From positions 50,406,001-50,470,000 of the forward strand of contig NC_043007.1 in assembly GCF_006345805.1 (NCBI RefSeq): a stretch of 64,000 nt of DNA. Direction: 5' to 3'. Position 1 is the stretch's first letter. Each line of letters starts with the position of its first letter. This stretch comes from Octopus sinensis. Its lineage: Eukaryota. Both the position numbers and the translations under genes were made by a program. Positions 27,211 through 39,801 of the stretch are shown here, piece by piece. Under the pieces are notes generated by a model. The model saw nothing but the letters and a program-made list of their open reading frames with translations. It had not been told where the DNA came from and did not search any database.

Positions 27211-27299
27211 ATATATATATATGTATACACACACACACACACACAAATAAATTGATAGATACAACTGAGTGGGCAAACAAAAATATGAGACACTGCGTG

Positions 27300-27628
27300 G
27301 TGCTTTTTTATATTTCAATAAACCTGATACTTATTCTATCAGTTTCTTCTTGTGAAACCAGTAAGTTATGGGGATGTAAATAAACGAACAGCAGTTGTGA
27401 AGCAGTGATGAGGGAGAAACACAAAGACACACACATAGACATACATATATACATACATATACATACAATTGATTTCTTTCAGTTCTGTCTACAAAATCCA
27501 CTGACAAGGCTTTGGTTGGTCTGAGGCTATAGAAGAAAACACATGCCAAGTTACCACACAGTGGGACTGGACTGAGGACCATGTGTTTTGGAACCAAGCT
27601 TGTTACCACACAGCCACACCTGCACCTA
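27300..27628 (-). mobile_element. SINE family A
   Basis: Both halves present; head rc ccacacagtgggactggac...cacagccacacctgcacct. Confidence 0.7.
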
Positions 27629-27776
27629 TGTATGTGTGTGTAGGGTGTGGGTGTGTATGTGTGTATGGGTGTATATATGTGTGCATATATATATATATAT
27701 GTGTACATATTACATGTATATCTATAGAAATACATCAGTACATATACAGCTATATATATACATGTATATATATATA

Positions 27777-27841
<65 letters not shown>

Positions 27842-27879
27842 CATCCATATACATACAATAGAGAGATGTTTTTGTTTCA

Positions 27880-28226
27880 CTTTTAACACGTAAGAATGAA
27901 ATAGTGGAGAAGATATGATATTGCTGTGGGCTCACCCAGGGCAAGAAGTTAAACATTTTGTTTTTGCCCATGACACTACATGGACCCTAAGTAAAGCATG
28001 TCTAAAATTTGAATGAAATTGGTTGTTTAGTTCTCACGTTTTAGGGATTCATAGTGGAGAAGATATGATATTGCTATGGGCTCGCCCTAGGCAAGAAGTT
28101 AAACATTTCTTTTTTGCCCATGACACTCCCTGGCATATGTAAAATTTGAATGAAATTGGTTTTGTAGTTCTCAAGTTTTAGGGATTCACACAGACAGACA
28201 CACATTCTCAGTTTTATATATATAGA
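27880..28226 (-). mobile_element. Helitron/Helentron-type non-autonomous element with a 150-bp tandem duplication
   Basis: Units 27901-28050 and 28051-28186; terminus rc atctatatatataaaactgagaatgtgtgtctgtctgtgtg; aaatttgaatgaaattgg motif. Confidence 0.55.
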
Positions 28227-28292
28227 TATATATATATGTATGTATATGTATATATGTGTATGTATATATATATATATGTATGTATGTATATG

Positions 28293-28325
<33 letters not shown>

Positions 28326-28374
28326 ATATGGATATATATATATGTATATGTATATATATGTGTGTGTATGTATA

Positions 28375-28590
28375 TTTGTCTGTGTCTGTATTTGTTCCCC
28401 CACCATCACTTGACAACCGATGTTGTGTTTACGTCCCCGTAACTTTGTGGTTCGGCAAAAAAGACCGATAGAATAAGTACCAGCCTTACGAAGAATAAGT
28501 CCAGGGGTCGATTTCTTTGACTAAAAGGCAGTGCTCCAGTATGGCCACAGTCAAAAGTGACTGAAACAAATAAAAGACTGAAGACTAAAA
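28375..28590 (+). mobile_element. SINE family A, 3' half
   Basis: ttgacaaccgatg...tttacgtccccgtaac...tgactgaaacaaataaaag. Confidence 0.8.
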
Positions 28591-29169
28591 GACATACAGA
28601 CACAAGTTGAGAGAAAGAGAAAGACAGTGAAGCAAAATGTATATTTTCGTTGTTTTTCTATTTTCTTTATTTCATTTCTTTCTTTCCTACTTTTTTTTCT
28701 ATTTATTTACTTTTCTTGAAGTCCATATATCTGAATTTTGTGTGAAACTACTACAAGAAGGTAACTTGTAATTGTTAACCTCTGGAGAGCAGGCAAATAA
28801 ACAGTGATAAAGTTTGAGTTAACCCTTAACGAGACACGCTTTGAGGACCATGAAATGTCAAATTGGTCATCGTAGCCTGTTGTCATGTGTCTCTCTATTC
28901 ACCAGTTTAGAAATACAAACAATAGAAGCGCCGTAAAAGCTATAGATCATGTGGGGTTGCTATAAACGTTCCCCGTTTTACACATTATGGGATAGAAGGA
29001 TCGAGAGAGAGGGAAAGAGGCGAGAGCTTGTGTGAATTGGAGTATGTGTGGAGAGGTGGAGAGAGAGGTAGGGTGAGGTAGGGACAACTTGGGAAGTTGA
29101 GGGAGGAAGCAGGTAGTAGGACTCATTCTTCAAATCTCATATATTATACAAATGACAATAAATGTGTCT

Positions 29170-29790
29170 CTAAGAAATGTGAAGTAGCGGCGGTAGTAGA
29201 GACAGTGGTAGCAGGTGATATGGGGTGGTGGTGGTGCTGCTGCTGGTAAAGGTGATGTCGGTGGTGGTGTTGGTGGTGGTGGTGCTGGTGATGATTGTGT
29301 TGATGGTTGTTATGGTGGCGCTGGTGGTGGTTACAGTTATGGCGGTGTTGGTGAAAGTGGTGGTAAAAGTGGTGATGGTGGTGATGGTGTTGATAGTCGA
29401 TATGGTGGTGGTGGTGGTAGTGTTCTTGATAGTATTGTTGCTGAAGATGGTTGTGCTGGTAGTTTGGGAATTGCTAGTCATGCTTGTAGTATGGATAGCA
29501 GTGTTTATGTTACTAGTGATAGTGTTGTTGGTAGTGATGGTTGTGTTAGTGGTTATGGTGTTGGTAGTGATAGTGGTATTGTTGCTGTTGGAAGTTGTGG
29601 CAGCGGGGAACGACAGTATCGAAGGTGGTGGTACTGCTGGGGTGGGTGTGATGGAGCTTCATGTGGTGTTGGTATTTGTAATAACGGTCTGGACAAGTGG
29701 TCGGTTAGTGGCAGTAGTGATGGTGGTGATAGTTGTGGGCCGTAATTGTGGTTGTAGAAATAGCTGTGGTGGCGATAAGGAATTGATAGT
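29170..29790. repeat. Degenerate (GGT/GAT/GTT)n low-complexity tract
   Basis: Directly visible; source of the Gly- and Val-rich ORFs. Confidence 0.85.
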
Positions 29791-30019
29791 GATGGTTGGG
29801 TGGCAGTAGATGTAACTGGGGAGGCGATCAGAGTGACCGTTGTTGTTGTTTCCGAACCCCACCGCTGTCCTACTTCATCTTCGATAGTGTTAAAGAAGTC
29901 CCAGCTATGACCACCCAATCTTGTTATTCCTAAGTACCGTGCACCTAGAAAAGCAATTATTTTGTGTGTCCTTTTATTAAAGAGAGCAAAAAATAAAATA
30001 GATGTATCTATGTATCCAT

Positions 30020-30185
30020 AGGCGCAGGCGTGGTTGCGTGGTAAGAAGCTTGCTCCCCAACCACATGGTTCTAGGTTCAGTCCCACTGCGTAGCATCCTA
30101 GGCAAGAATCTTCTACTACAACCTCCGGTCCATCAAAGCCTTGTTAGTGGATTTGGTGGACGGAAGATAAAAGAAGCTCGTCCTA
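30020..30185 (+). mobile_element. SINE family A, 5' half
   Basis: aggcgcaggcgtggttgcgtggtaag...ggttcagtcccactgcg tRNA-like head. Confidence 0.8.
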
Positions 30186-30258
30186 TATATACATATATAT
30201 TCATTATACAAGCAATCAAATTTATTTTATATATAAGTGTGTGTGTGTGTGTATTCAA

Positions 30259-30459
30259 TTCTTTTATTTGTTTCAGTCATTTGACTGCAGCCATGCTGGA
30301 GCACGGCCATTAGTCGAAAAATCGACCCCAAGACTTATTCTTTGTAAGCCTAGTACTGATCATATCGGTCTCTTTCGCCGAACCGCTAAGTTGTAGGGGA
30401 CATAAACACACCAACATCGGTTGTCAAGCGATGTTGGGGAGATAAACACAGACACACAA

Positions 30460-30492
<33 letters not shown>

Positions 30493-30653
30493 ACAGGATT
30501 ATTTCAGTTTTCGTCTACCAAATCCACTCACAAGGTGTTGGTCGGCCGAGACTGTAGTAGAAGAGACTAGCCCAAGGTGCCACGCAGTGGGACTGAACCC
30601 AGGACCATGTGGCTGGTAAGCAAGTAACTTACCACACAACCACTCCTGCACCT
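30259..30653 (-). mobile_element. SINE family A, full length
   Basis: Reverse complement of both halves around a central (TA)n. Confidence 0.85.
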
Positions 30654-30679
30654 ATGTGTGTGTGTGCGTGCGCGTGACT

Positions 30680-30900
30680 TTGTGCCTGTATTTGTCCAGC
30701 CCCTATTTCCGCTTGACAACCGGTGTTGGTGTGTTTGCGTCCTCGTAAGGTAGCGGTTCGGCAAAAGGACCGATAGAATAGATGCCAGGCTTAAAAAATA
30801 AGTCCTGGGCGATTTGTCCGACTATAACACTCCGAGGCAGTGCTCCAGCATGGCCGTAGTCAAATGACTGAAACAAGTAAAAGAATAAAAAAAATAAAAG
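30680..30900 (+). mobile_element. SINE family A, 3' half
   Basis: cttgacaaccggtgttggtgtgttt...atgactgaaacaagtaaaagaataaaa. Confidence 0.8.
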
Positions 30901-31469
30901 AAATAATGCACTGATACAATACCCATTTTCCGCACACTTAACTATAATCCTTACTAATTCGCGCTGAAACTCCAAATTCCTCGGCCGTCAGACCATCTTA
31001 TCGGGCGGCCCCGATTCACTGTACGTTGCACAGTAGAATATTGATAAACTTGTATTGATTTTACCGGTATGAAATTATCTCTATTTTATTTGATTATTTA
31101 AGTTTAATATATGCTGAATTCAGAGGTGCCCATTTGCTGGTGCGGATAAATCAGTAATCTGAAGAAGTTTCGCATAAACAATGTTATACTTTTGCAATAT
31201 GTGCGTATGTTGCTACTGCTGTTGTTGTTTGACCTCAAGAAGGCTATCATTGAAAAGGCCAATAATTAAAAGCAATCCAATATTGACCATCTTATTTCAT
31301 TTTTCTAGACACTGTGTATGCCATATTACAATATCCTGTTTATCCTTCTTTATATTTCAGATTGTGAAATTAGTTTGGGAGAATTTGGCAGTTATTTCTA
31401 CTGCTTAAGGAAAGCACGTATAGCATGCGTGTGTATATACAGACCAACGATACAAGTTCCTTTGGGATT

Positions 31470-31790
31470 TCAGAAAACCAATATCAGTCGCCCTAGGACA
31501 AGACAAGCCCCAATCAAGACAGATATCAAAAAATGAAAATAGAGATGTACAGGCCGCAAGCTACGAAAGCCTGCACCAAATATCACCAAGCAAGGGAAGC
31601 GAAAAGTGGGCTGACCAAAACAGCCTTGGCGCAGGAGTGTCGACGCAGAGGTGAGGAGAGCGGAATGACGTGGGCCGGGATGAAAAGGATGCCCGAGAAC
31701 CACGTTCGCTGAGAAAATGTTTTTTGCTGCCCTATGTTTCCCGAGGAAACAAGAGAACTAAGAAGAAGAATATCAGTCACCCTGGACACA
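31470..31790 (+). mobile_element. RTE-X-type LINE 3' end relic
   Basis: LRKPAPNITKQGKRKVG*PKQPWRRSVDAEVRR, then frameshifted GMTWAGMKR and AALCFPR; (GAA)n tail. Confidence 0.7.
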
Positions 31791-32871
31791 GACCACTCAC
31801 CATTAGACTTTAGGCACACCTAAATGTACATATCTGAGAACAACGAGCCTTTTCATGATTTCGTCCTAAATGCAAGCGATGAACATCTTGTGGTATACAC
31901 AACCACATTACATTGTTCAGCAGATCGAACAACTCATCATGGAAATTGATGAGGATTCATTTCCTTAACTTCATTTATTAAGCTTGTAGAAAGCACGAAT
32001 TTCACAATGGAACTCTGATCCCACGTATAGCGTAAAATTACTACTACACATACAGCCAACAAAAACCTCATTCGACAAAGGTCATCTAGTCGAGTGGAAT
32101 AGGATCGCTCATCAGTTTCTTCAAGTCTCTGGAATATACTGACATGTTACTTCCCTTTCAACATATGCTGTTTGCCTTTCTCCCAATGCTTCGTTGGCCT
32201 TTGCTTGTCTGAGCAGACGATTCCGTGTCATTTTCCCCTTGGTTCATTTTCCCATCTCTCATCCCTTTGCTAACCAAACTGTTCCATACTAATCACTTCT
32301 CTCAACCCTTCTCAGCTCACATTTTCTTTCCCTTTGTATTATATATTTGCTTATGTATTATTATCTTTGCAGCCGCCGTCTTGGAGATTTCCAAGATGAT
32401 GATAACAACCAGGTCGATATTACCGGTCTCGGGGGGTTGGCATAAGCTCTGAGTACATCCCCTCACCCCAGACCAAATAATACACGGGTGATATGAATTG
32501 TCAATTGTCGCCTAGGTTTCCTTTTATTTTCATGATAATTCAGCCATTAAACATGGCGCCTGGATAATGTTTCACAGTTTTACTGACTTAAAAAGTCAAT
32601 GGCTGATGAATTGCTACCGTCATAATACACGCTACCTCTATTCATCAAACAAAATATACCTTAGTACAGTTGTTATTGTTCCTGTTAATATTGTTGCTGT
32701 TGTTGTTGCAGAGTTGACACATGATGTGTGAACAACACATTTGAATCATTTATGTGTATTCTGCTTGATTTGTAAGCTTTTCTTTACTTTTTCGCATCAA
32801 TTTTCTTTGTTGGGCTCCATAGTTTTATTACACACCTTAACTCACATAAACATATAATATATACTTATATA

Positions 32872-32962
<91 letters not shown>

Positions 32963-33082
32963 GGTGTGTGTGTGGAGAGAGAGAGAGAGAGAGAGAGAGT
33001 GATAATTTACAAAAAGAAAAGACGAAGACGGGTGTGTAAACAACAAACAGGTGTATTACTTTAATGCTCGGGAAGTGGGAAA

Positions 33083-33121
33083 GTCTTTTACATTTCGAGC
33101 CTACGCTCTTCGACAGAAAGG
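33083..33121 (-). ncRNA. Minimal type I hammerhead-like motif with U at position 6
   Basis: CTTT-CTGTCGA-A-GAGC-GTAG-GCTC-GAAA-T-GTA-AAAG: stems I and II, GAAA and the GUA site are intact; core reads CUGUCGA. Confidence 0.6.
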
Positions 33122-33193
33122 AAAACAGAAATAAACAGGGAGAGAAAATAATATATATATATATATATGTATGTATGTATGTATATATATATA

Positions 33194-33226
<33 letters not shown>

Positions 33227-34289
33227 ATGTGCAAATATGTGAGTATGTATTCATTGATGTGCGTTAACCGATTGAAGAAAGAGTACACAATGTATGCTGC
33301 AGGGTTCATAATTCAACTTCCACGCCGGTGACTCAAACTCGATTCGCCAGATACATCATCAGTATAAATATACATACACTATACATATAGATATATGTAC
33401 ATAAATGCATACGTATGTACGATTTTGTGTGGAATGATAGTAGGAACTATTTAAAGTATCCCCCGCAGAAGCGGATCTTAGTTCTTGGATTGATGACAGG
33501 GATTATCCAATATATTAATAAGGTCATCGAACCAATGTACGACGAGTGTAAAAATGTTTGGAAACAATTGTTGTGAATTTTAAATTAAGAATGTTGTTCA
33601 ATCAATTTCCTATCATTTATCTGTTTACATAAACTCTACAGATACCATGGAATTCCTAGTGTGTATTCAGTAGCAAGAGCCTTTCCACTGCATAAGATAT
33701 CAGGTAGCCAATAACTGAAGTTTGCATGGCATACTACACATGCGCATATATAGAGTATAAATTACGATACAAGACAAAACGATAAACAGTATAAAGTGAT
33801 AAATGACAGAGAAATTGTTTGATGAAATTTTATTTAACAATAAGAAAATTCAAATGTTATGACAAATTTTTTCATAACTTAAAAACATTTAAATAATTTA
33901 TGTTGTTATATTTAATAATAAATACATTATTTACATGTCTGCATTAATGCAAAAGGCAAAAAAATCTTTCCAAATAATGCAGTTAACCCTCGGCACACTA
34001 TTTTGTTCCTACGTCTGCACCCGGTGCTGTTGTTATTGTTGCTGTTGTTGTTGTTGTTCTTCTTCTTCTTCTCCTTCTCTTCCTCCTCCCCCTCCTCCTC
34101 CTTCTTTTCATAAGTGTGAAGTGAACTATTTGACTATTAGATCAGCGGCCATCGAAAACACTCACATATATACACATATGCAAAAACTATATATATGTAA
34201 ATATGTATGCTTATGCATACACACACACGCAGACAAACGCACACATATATACACACACACATATTATCCGTTTTGCCTTGAAGAAAGTT

Positions 34290-34600
34290 TTAGTCAAATG
34301 AATCGACTCTGGTACTTATTGATCTCCTATTACCGAACTGCTAAACCACGGGGACGTAGTAAACCAAAACTGCCCCCCACGTGGTGGTAGTGGTGGTGGT
34401 GGTTGTGGAGGAGACAAACACAAACTCAAACACGTACATATAAATATATTTATATATATATGACGGATTTCTTTCAATTTCTGTCTATTGGTGAGCCCGG
34501 AACTATAGTAGAAGACATTTGCCCAAGGTGTCATGGGACTGAACCCAAAACCATGTGGTTCGGAAGTAAGTTTTTTTACCACATAGCCACGCCGGCACCT
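34290..34600 (-). mobile_element. SINE family A with internal deletions
   Basis: Head rc gggactgaacccaaaaccatgtggtt...gccacgccggcacct, plus a 3'-half remnant. Confidence 0.7.
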
Positions 34601-34673
34601 ATATAGATGTATGTGTGGGGATGTCTGTGTGTGTGTGTTTCTATGTATGTATGTATGTATGTATGTATGTATG

Positions 34674-34707
<34 letters not shown>

Positions 34708-35528
34708 AAGACACGCGCGCATGCAAGTGTCTATATTTGCATATTAACACTAATCAAGCAGCTGTTTCTTATAAATATCTATTGAAACCTCGAAAACTAT
34801 CTAATTTAATAGAGATACAAGTCAATCGTGCGTGGCAGTAATACCACATCAAAGCCATCGCGTGGAATAGACACAGATAAAGCACAGCAACGAGGAAATT
34901 ATATCAACGAACGTCTGTAGCGTGTGTTTATATATACCACTGGAGATATACAAGTGTTACAAAGTTTGAATCCTGTTATATGTATTTATGTATGTATGTA
35001 TGTATGTATGTATGTTGTATGTATGTATGTATGTATTATGTACGGAAAGAGTGTGTAATTTACCGCTGTTTCAATTGCCGAATCTCTGAAACTGCAATGA
35101 AGATCATTGTTGAACAATGGCTATAAAATGAAATCTAAGATTTCAGGAATTCTAGAAAAAATGTATACTGGGAAGAAAACCAACAGAGGAAGTGATTGGA
35201 ATGGAATGCTCCGAAGTCTACCATATCACAGGAAAGATAAGCAAAATAGTAAAACATATAAACGTTTATAAAATATATACGTATACGAAAATATTAAATA
35301 TATAAATATAAAGAGGAGCTTGTGAAATATTGTACCAGTAATGTCTAAGAAAAGTCTTGGAATTCAAGAAATCAAGATTTGGTGTGAAATTGGTTGAAAA
35401 ATGAATCAGTAGCATACAGTAATTTAGAATTAAAACCTTATAATAAGCCACGTGACTTGCTTTTTCGTGCTTTATGTACACATTCATACCTACATACATC
35501 ATATTTTCTTACCTAATGTATTCTTAAT

Positions 35529-35935
35529 AAGGCGGCGAGCTGGCAGAATCGTTAGCACGCCGGGTGAAATGCGTAGCCGTATTTCGTCTGCCGCTGCGTT
35601 CTGAGTTCAAATTCCGCCGAGCCGACCTTGCCTTTCATCCTTTCGAGGTCGATAAATTAAGTACCAGTTACACACTGAGGTCGATATAATCGACTTAATC
35701 CGTGTGTTTGTCCTTGTTTGTCCCGTCTGTGTTTAGCCCCTTGTGTATAGTAAAGAAATAGAAATGGGTATTTCGTCTGATTTTACGCTCTGATTTCAAA
35801 TTCAGGTTAACTTTGCCTTTCATCCTTTCGGGGTCGATAAATTAAGTACCAGTTCCGTACTGGGGTCGATCTACTCGACTGGACCCCTCCCCAAAAATTG
35901 TTGGCCTTGTGCCTGAGTAGAAAAGTATTCTTAAT
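35529..35935 (+). mobile_element. Tandem SINE family B copies (35529-35762, 35767-35935)
   Basis: ggcggcgagctggcagaatcgttagcacgccggg head; gcctttcatcctttcg.ggtcgataaattaagtaccagt body occurs twice. Confidence 0.85.
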
Positions 35936-36399
35936 GCCAGAGAAACAGCTTATATGCAAGTGTGTGTGTGTGTGTGTGTGCACATCCAAATGCATCTGAA
36001 CGTCGATAGATATACAAGTACATCAAATATCATACAATATACATTCTTGATTTATTAAAATTTTCTCGGCTTCTTGAGTATGCATGTTAATTACCAAATG
36101 GCAATTAGAAGCACCTACATATAAGAGGAGGAGATAATCTCTAGAATCAACAATCCTCCATATTAGACATGCCTCTACGGAAAAGGACCGGAATATTTTC
36201 TCGTGTAATATTGTATGGCGCTTGATATAATTTTTTTTTCTATTTTAAGTAGTCTTTGTTTATTTTAACGTTATTTTTCTGTTTTAATTTGTCTGTTTGT
36301 ATTTGTGTGTGTGTATATATGTATGTACATTTACACACAGGCATAAAATATATGTAAGTTATGTATGTATGTATGTATGTATTATGAATGTGTAGTGAA

Positions 36400-36720
36400 A
36401 ACATTTAGCTTAGTGGTTAAGATATTCAGTTCACGAACAGGCTGTGAGTTCAATTCCCAGCGGCGCCTTTTGTCTTTGAACAAGGTGCTTTATTTCTCGT
36501 TGCTCACTCCACTCAGCTGGCAAAAATGACTTTTACTGTAATTCAAAAGCCCAGCAGTATCATATTCTGTACCGTGCTGGATCATCCTGAGAACTACTTG
36601 AATAGTATACGTCTCTGTGGGTGCTCAGCCACTTGCATGCTAATTTCACGAGAACGCTGTTCCGTTGATCGGACCAACTGCAACTCCCGGCGTCATAACC
36701 GGTGAAGTGGCACTTATATG
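36400..36720 (+). mobile_element. tRNA-headed SINE, degenerate
   Basis: tagcttagtggttaag...gagttcaattcccagcggc A/B-box-like head. Confidence 0.45.
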
Positions 36721-36856
36721 CGTCTGCGTGTATGTTTGTTTATGTATATATATAAAGATAGAGAGAGAGAGATGACAGTTAAAGTTAGTTGAAAATAGCT
36801 CAGGAGTTATTATATGTTTATGAATACGTATATTTATGTACATAAATAGTTCCATT

Positions 36857-37197
36857 TTCAGTCCCACTGTGTGGTACCTTGTGCAAACGTCTTCTACTAT
36901 AGCCTCGGGCTATAGTAGAAGACCTTAGTGGATTGAGTAGACGAAAACTGAAAGAAGCCGGTAGTATATACATATTTATATATATGTGTGTGTGTGTATT
37001 GTGTCTGTATATGTCTCCACCACCGTCAGACAGCCGGTGTTGGTGTGTTTACGTCCCCGTAATATAGCCGTTCGGTAAAAAGGAATGATAAAATAAGCAC
37101 CAGTTTTTAAAAAGTTACTGAGATTGATGCATTCCACTAAAAATTCATCAAAGCGATGCCCCAGCATGGCCGCAATCTAATGACTGAAACAAGTAAA
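36857..37197 (+). mobile_element. SINE family A, 5'-clipped
   Basis: ttcagtcccactgtgtggtacctt...tgactgaaacaagtaaa. Confidence 0.75.
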
Positions 37198-37567
37198 CGA
37201 TGGATGGTAAATGAAAGATATTTGCATACACACACAAAGTATATGTGTGAAAGTGCTTGTAGATAAATAGATACCTGCATACCTGCATGCATATGATATA
37301 CAAACAAAAATAGCAAACCCACTTACATATTAATATGTGTGTCTTTCAACATGTGCCGTTTTAACATAGCTGTAAGTATGCATTTTGGTGATGAGTTGAC
37401 ATCTGCAAGCTGGTGATTCTAAATAAATTCTTTGACACATATCCTGGCAATGAATGGTAGAGGGGAGTAGTGTCAGTGGGAGACCCATAGATTTACACCT
37501 GAGGTACAAGTTTACCCATGATGCACGATTCTGTTTCTACGTCTATGCTTGTTGCTGTTGCTGTTGC

Positions 37568-37598
<31 letters not shown>

Positions 37599-38393
37599 AT
37601 TGTTGTTGTTGTTGTTGTTGTTCTTCTTCTTCTTCTTCTTCTTCTTCTTCTTTTTCTTCTTCTTCTTGTTCTTCTTGCATATCATAAGCAGCTGGCCCAA
37701 ATTGGCTACGAGATACTGTCCCTGAGGCGTCATATAGTTTCAAAGACTATTTTCAACACTCTCTGCAGGATACATCAAAGGCATGTCAGAACCAACATCT
37801 CTGCAGACCTTCAAAAAAACAAAAAAAAAAAAACAAGAATTACTGATGGAACACTCTCATAAAATATGCAATTCACTGCAAACAGCAGACTTGATATTCT
37901 TCCGTCGGACAGGGAATAAAAGTCATGCACTGTTGTAGTAGTCAGCTGCCCAGCGGAAGTGACGGTATCATCAGGAGTCCAGGTAAAAGAGAACATTTGT
38001 GGTGAACTAATGTAGAACTTACAGCTCTATACCCTGACTAGATATACATTTGTACTTATCATCATAGGGGCAATTAGGCTATATACCTTCAAATTTACAC
38101 ACACAAAAACCTAGAAATATTAGGTTTTTCGAAGAAAAAGCTAAATAAACAGACACGTATTCTCCAAATCCAATCTATTAGTTGCACGGTGAACATTTGT
38201 ACGACATTCCAAAATTTCTCCATCTAAGATTCTTAAGTCGAATAGTAGTACACAATTGGAAGTATGAATCAACAGATCAACAAACACACCGACTGAACCA
38301 CATATTTACACTGGTAACTCCCTTAACTCAAAAAGTCTTGTTGCAAGCGATCGTCTTGTAAACTCTTAAGAACTTAAATAAAACCCAAAGAAA

Positions 38394-38570
38394 AGGAGTG
38401 GCTGTGTGGTAAGTAGCTTGCTTAAGAACCACATGGTTCCGGGTTCAGTCCCACTGCGTGGCACCTTGGGCAAGTGTCTTCTACTATAGCCTAGGGCCAA
38501 CCAAAGCCTTGTGAGTAGATTTGGTTGACGGAAACTGAAAGAAGCCTGCCGCATTTATGCATGTATGTAC

Positions 38571-38635
<65 letters not shown>

Positions 38636-38898
38636 TATATATATACACACTTATATATATATATACACTTATATGTATTTGTGTGTATACGCTTGTGTGT
38701 CTGTGTTTGTCCCTCCAACAGCGCTTAGCAACCGATGGTGGTATGTTTACGTCCCCGTAACTTAGCGGTTCGGCAAAATAGCCCGATAGAATAAGTACTA
38801 GGCTTACAAAGAATAAGTCCTGGGGTCGATTTGCTCGACTAAATGCGGTGCTCCAGCATGGCCACAGTCTAATGACTGAAACAAGTAAAGAATAAAGA
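38394..38898 (+). mobile_element. SINE family A, best full-length copy (tRNA-like head, internal microsatellite, 3' body)
   Basis: aggagtggctgtgtggtaagtagcttgct...ggttccgggttcagtcccactg; central (TA)n; 3' end tgactgaaacaagtaaagaataaag. Confidence 0.9.
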
Positions 38899-38917
38899 GA
38901 TATAAATTTGTGTGAAT

Positions 38918-38958
<41 letters not shown>

Positions 38959-39598
38959 TGTGTGTGCGCGCGCGCGTGTGTGTGTGTTCATGGCGTGGAA
39001 CGGCCTGAAAGAAAACCTCTTCGTGGACATGCTGTGTTAAAAATCATTTCGAGGAAAATATTGCCGCAGGAACATTGTGAATATTATGTATCAGGTCGAG
39101 GAGAATAATACCGCAGGAAGGACTCACGAAAATGACAGATGTGATCGCCCTTCTTGGGACTTGCGTATGCCGTACACCCGATTCCCCCCTGCTTAAATGC
39201 ACTTCGATGTATAGGAAACAGTGATATAAATTAAAGATTTCTTTTCTGGCTTAATTTCGTTTATTCTTCAATAGCTCAGTGTATTATGAAGTGCTAAAAT
39301 GTTTCGTCGTTCATCTGACACCTGCTCACTAATACCATTCTATTGTATCTGAAGTGAGATGCAGTCTGAGTGGCAGGTGGCTGAACCTAATTATTCGCCT
39401 CTGTACAGAATTATAAGACTGATAGCCTGAACTGTTTTTCATGTCCAAATCCTACTTTTGTTTCCTACCATTCCAACCCACCCCCTTTTATCTCTCATTT
39501 GTCTCTACTCCACAGCATCTTTCTCTTTCTGTATCTTTCTGTCTATCTCTCTGTTATTCATTCACCACTGTCTTTCTCTGTCTGTCTGTCTGTCTGTT

Positions 39599-39630
<32 letters not shown>

Positions 39631-39770
39631 ACTCTCTCTCTCTTCTGCACACTCTTTCACTCACACCCTTAAAGTCCAAGTTCAATGCAATTGTGAAAGT
39701 GAACAAACATAGTACGTGACAAAATTCACTTGTGATCTTACAACGTAGATTTGTATACAATTTTTCAGAC

Positions 39771-39801
<31 letters not shown>

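Noticed and set aside
29215-29809. Gly-rich 176-aa ORF resembling a structural protein
   Set aside because: It is a degenerate (GGT)n tract open in three frames, without splice or codon evidence.
33280-33365. CTGATGA with TGTAT/ATACA stem on minus
   Set aside because: No GAAA or cleavage triplet in register.
38023-38110. Minus-strand EGF-like exon candidate (GFCVCKFEGI*PNCPY...) with good splice sites
   Set aside because: All three frames contain a stop codon.
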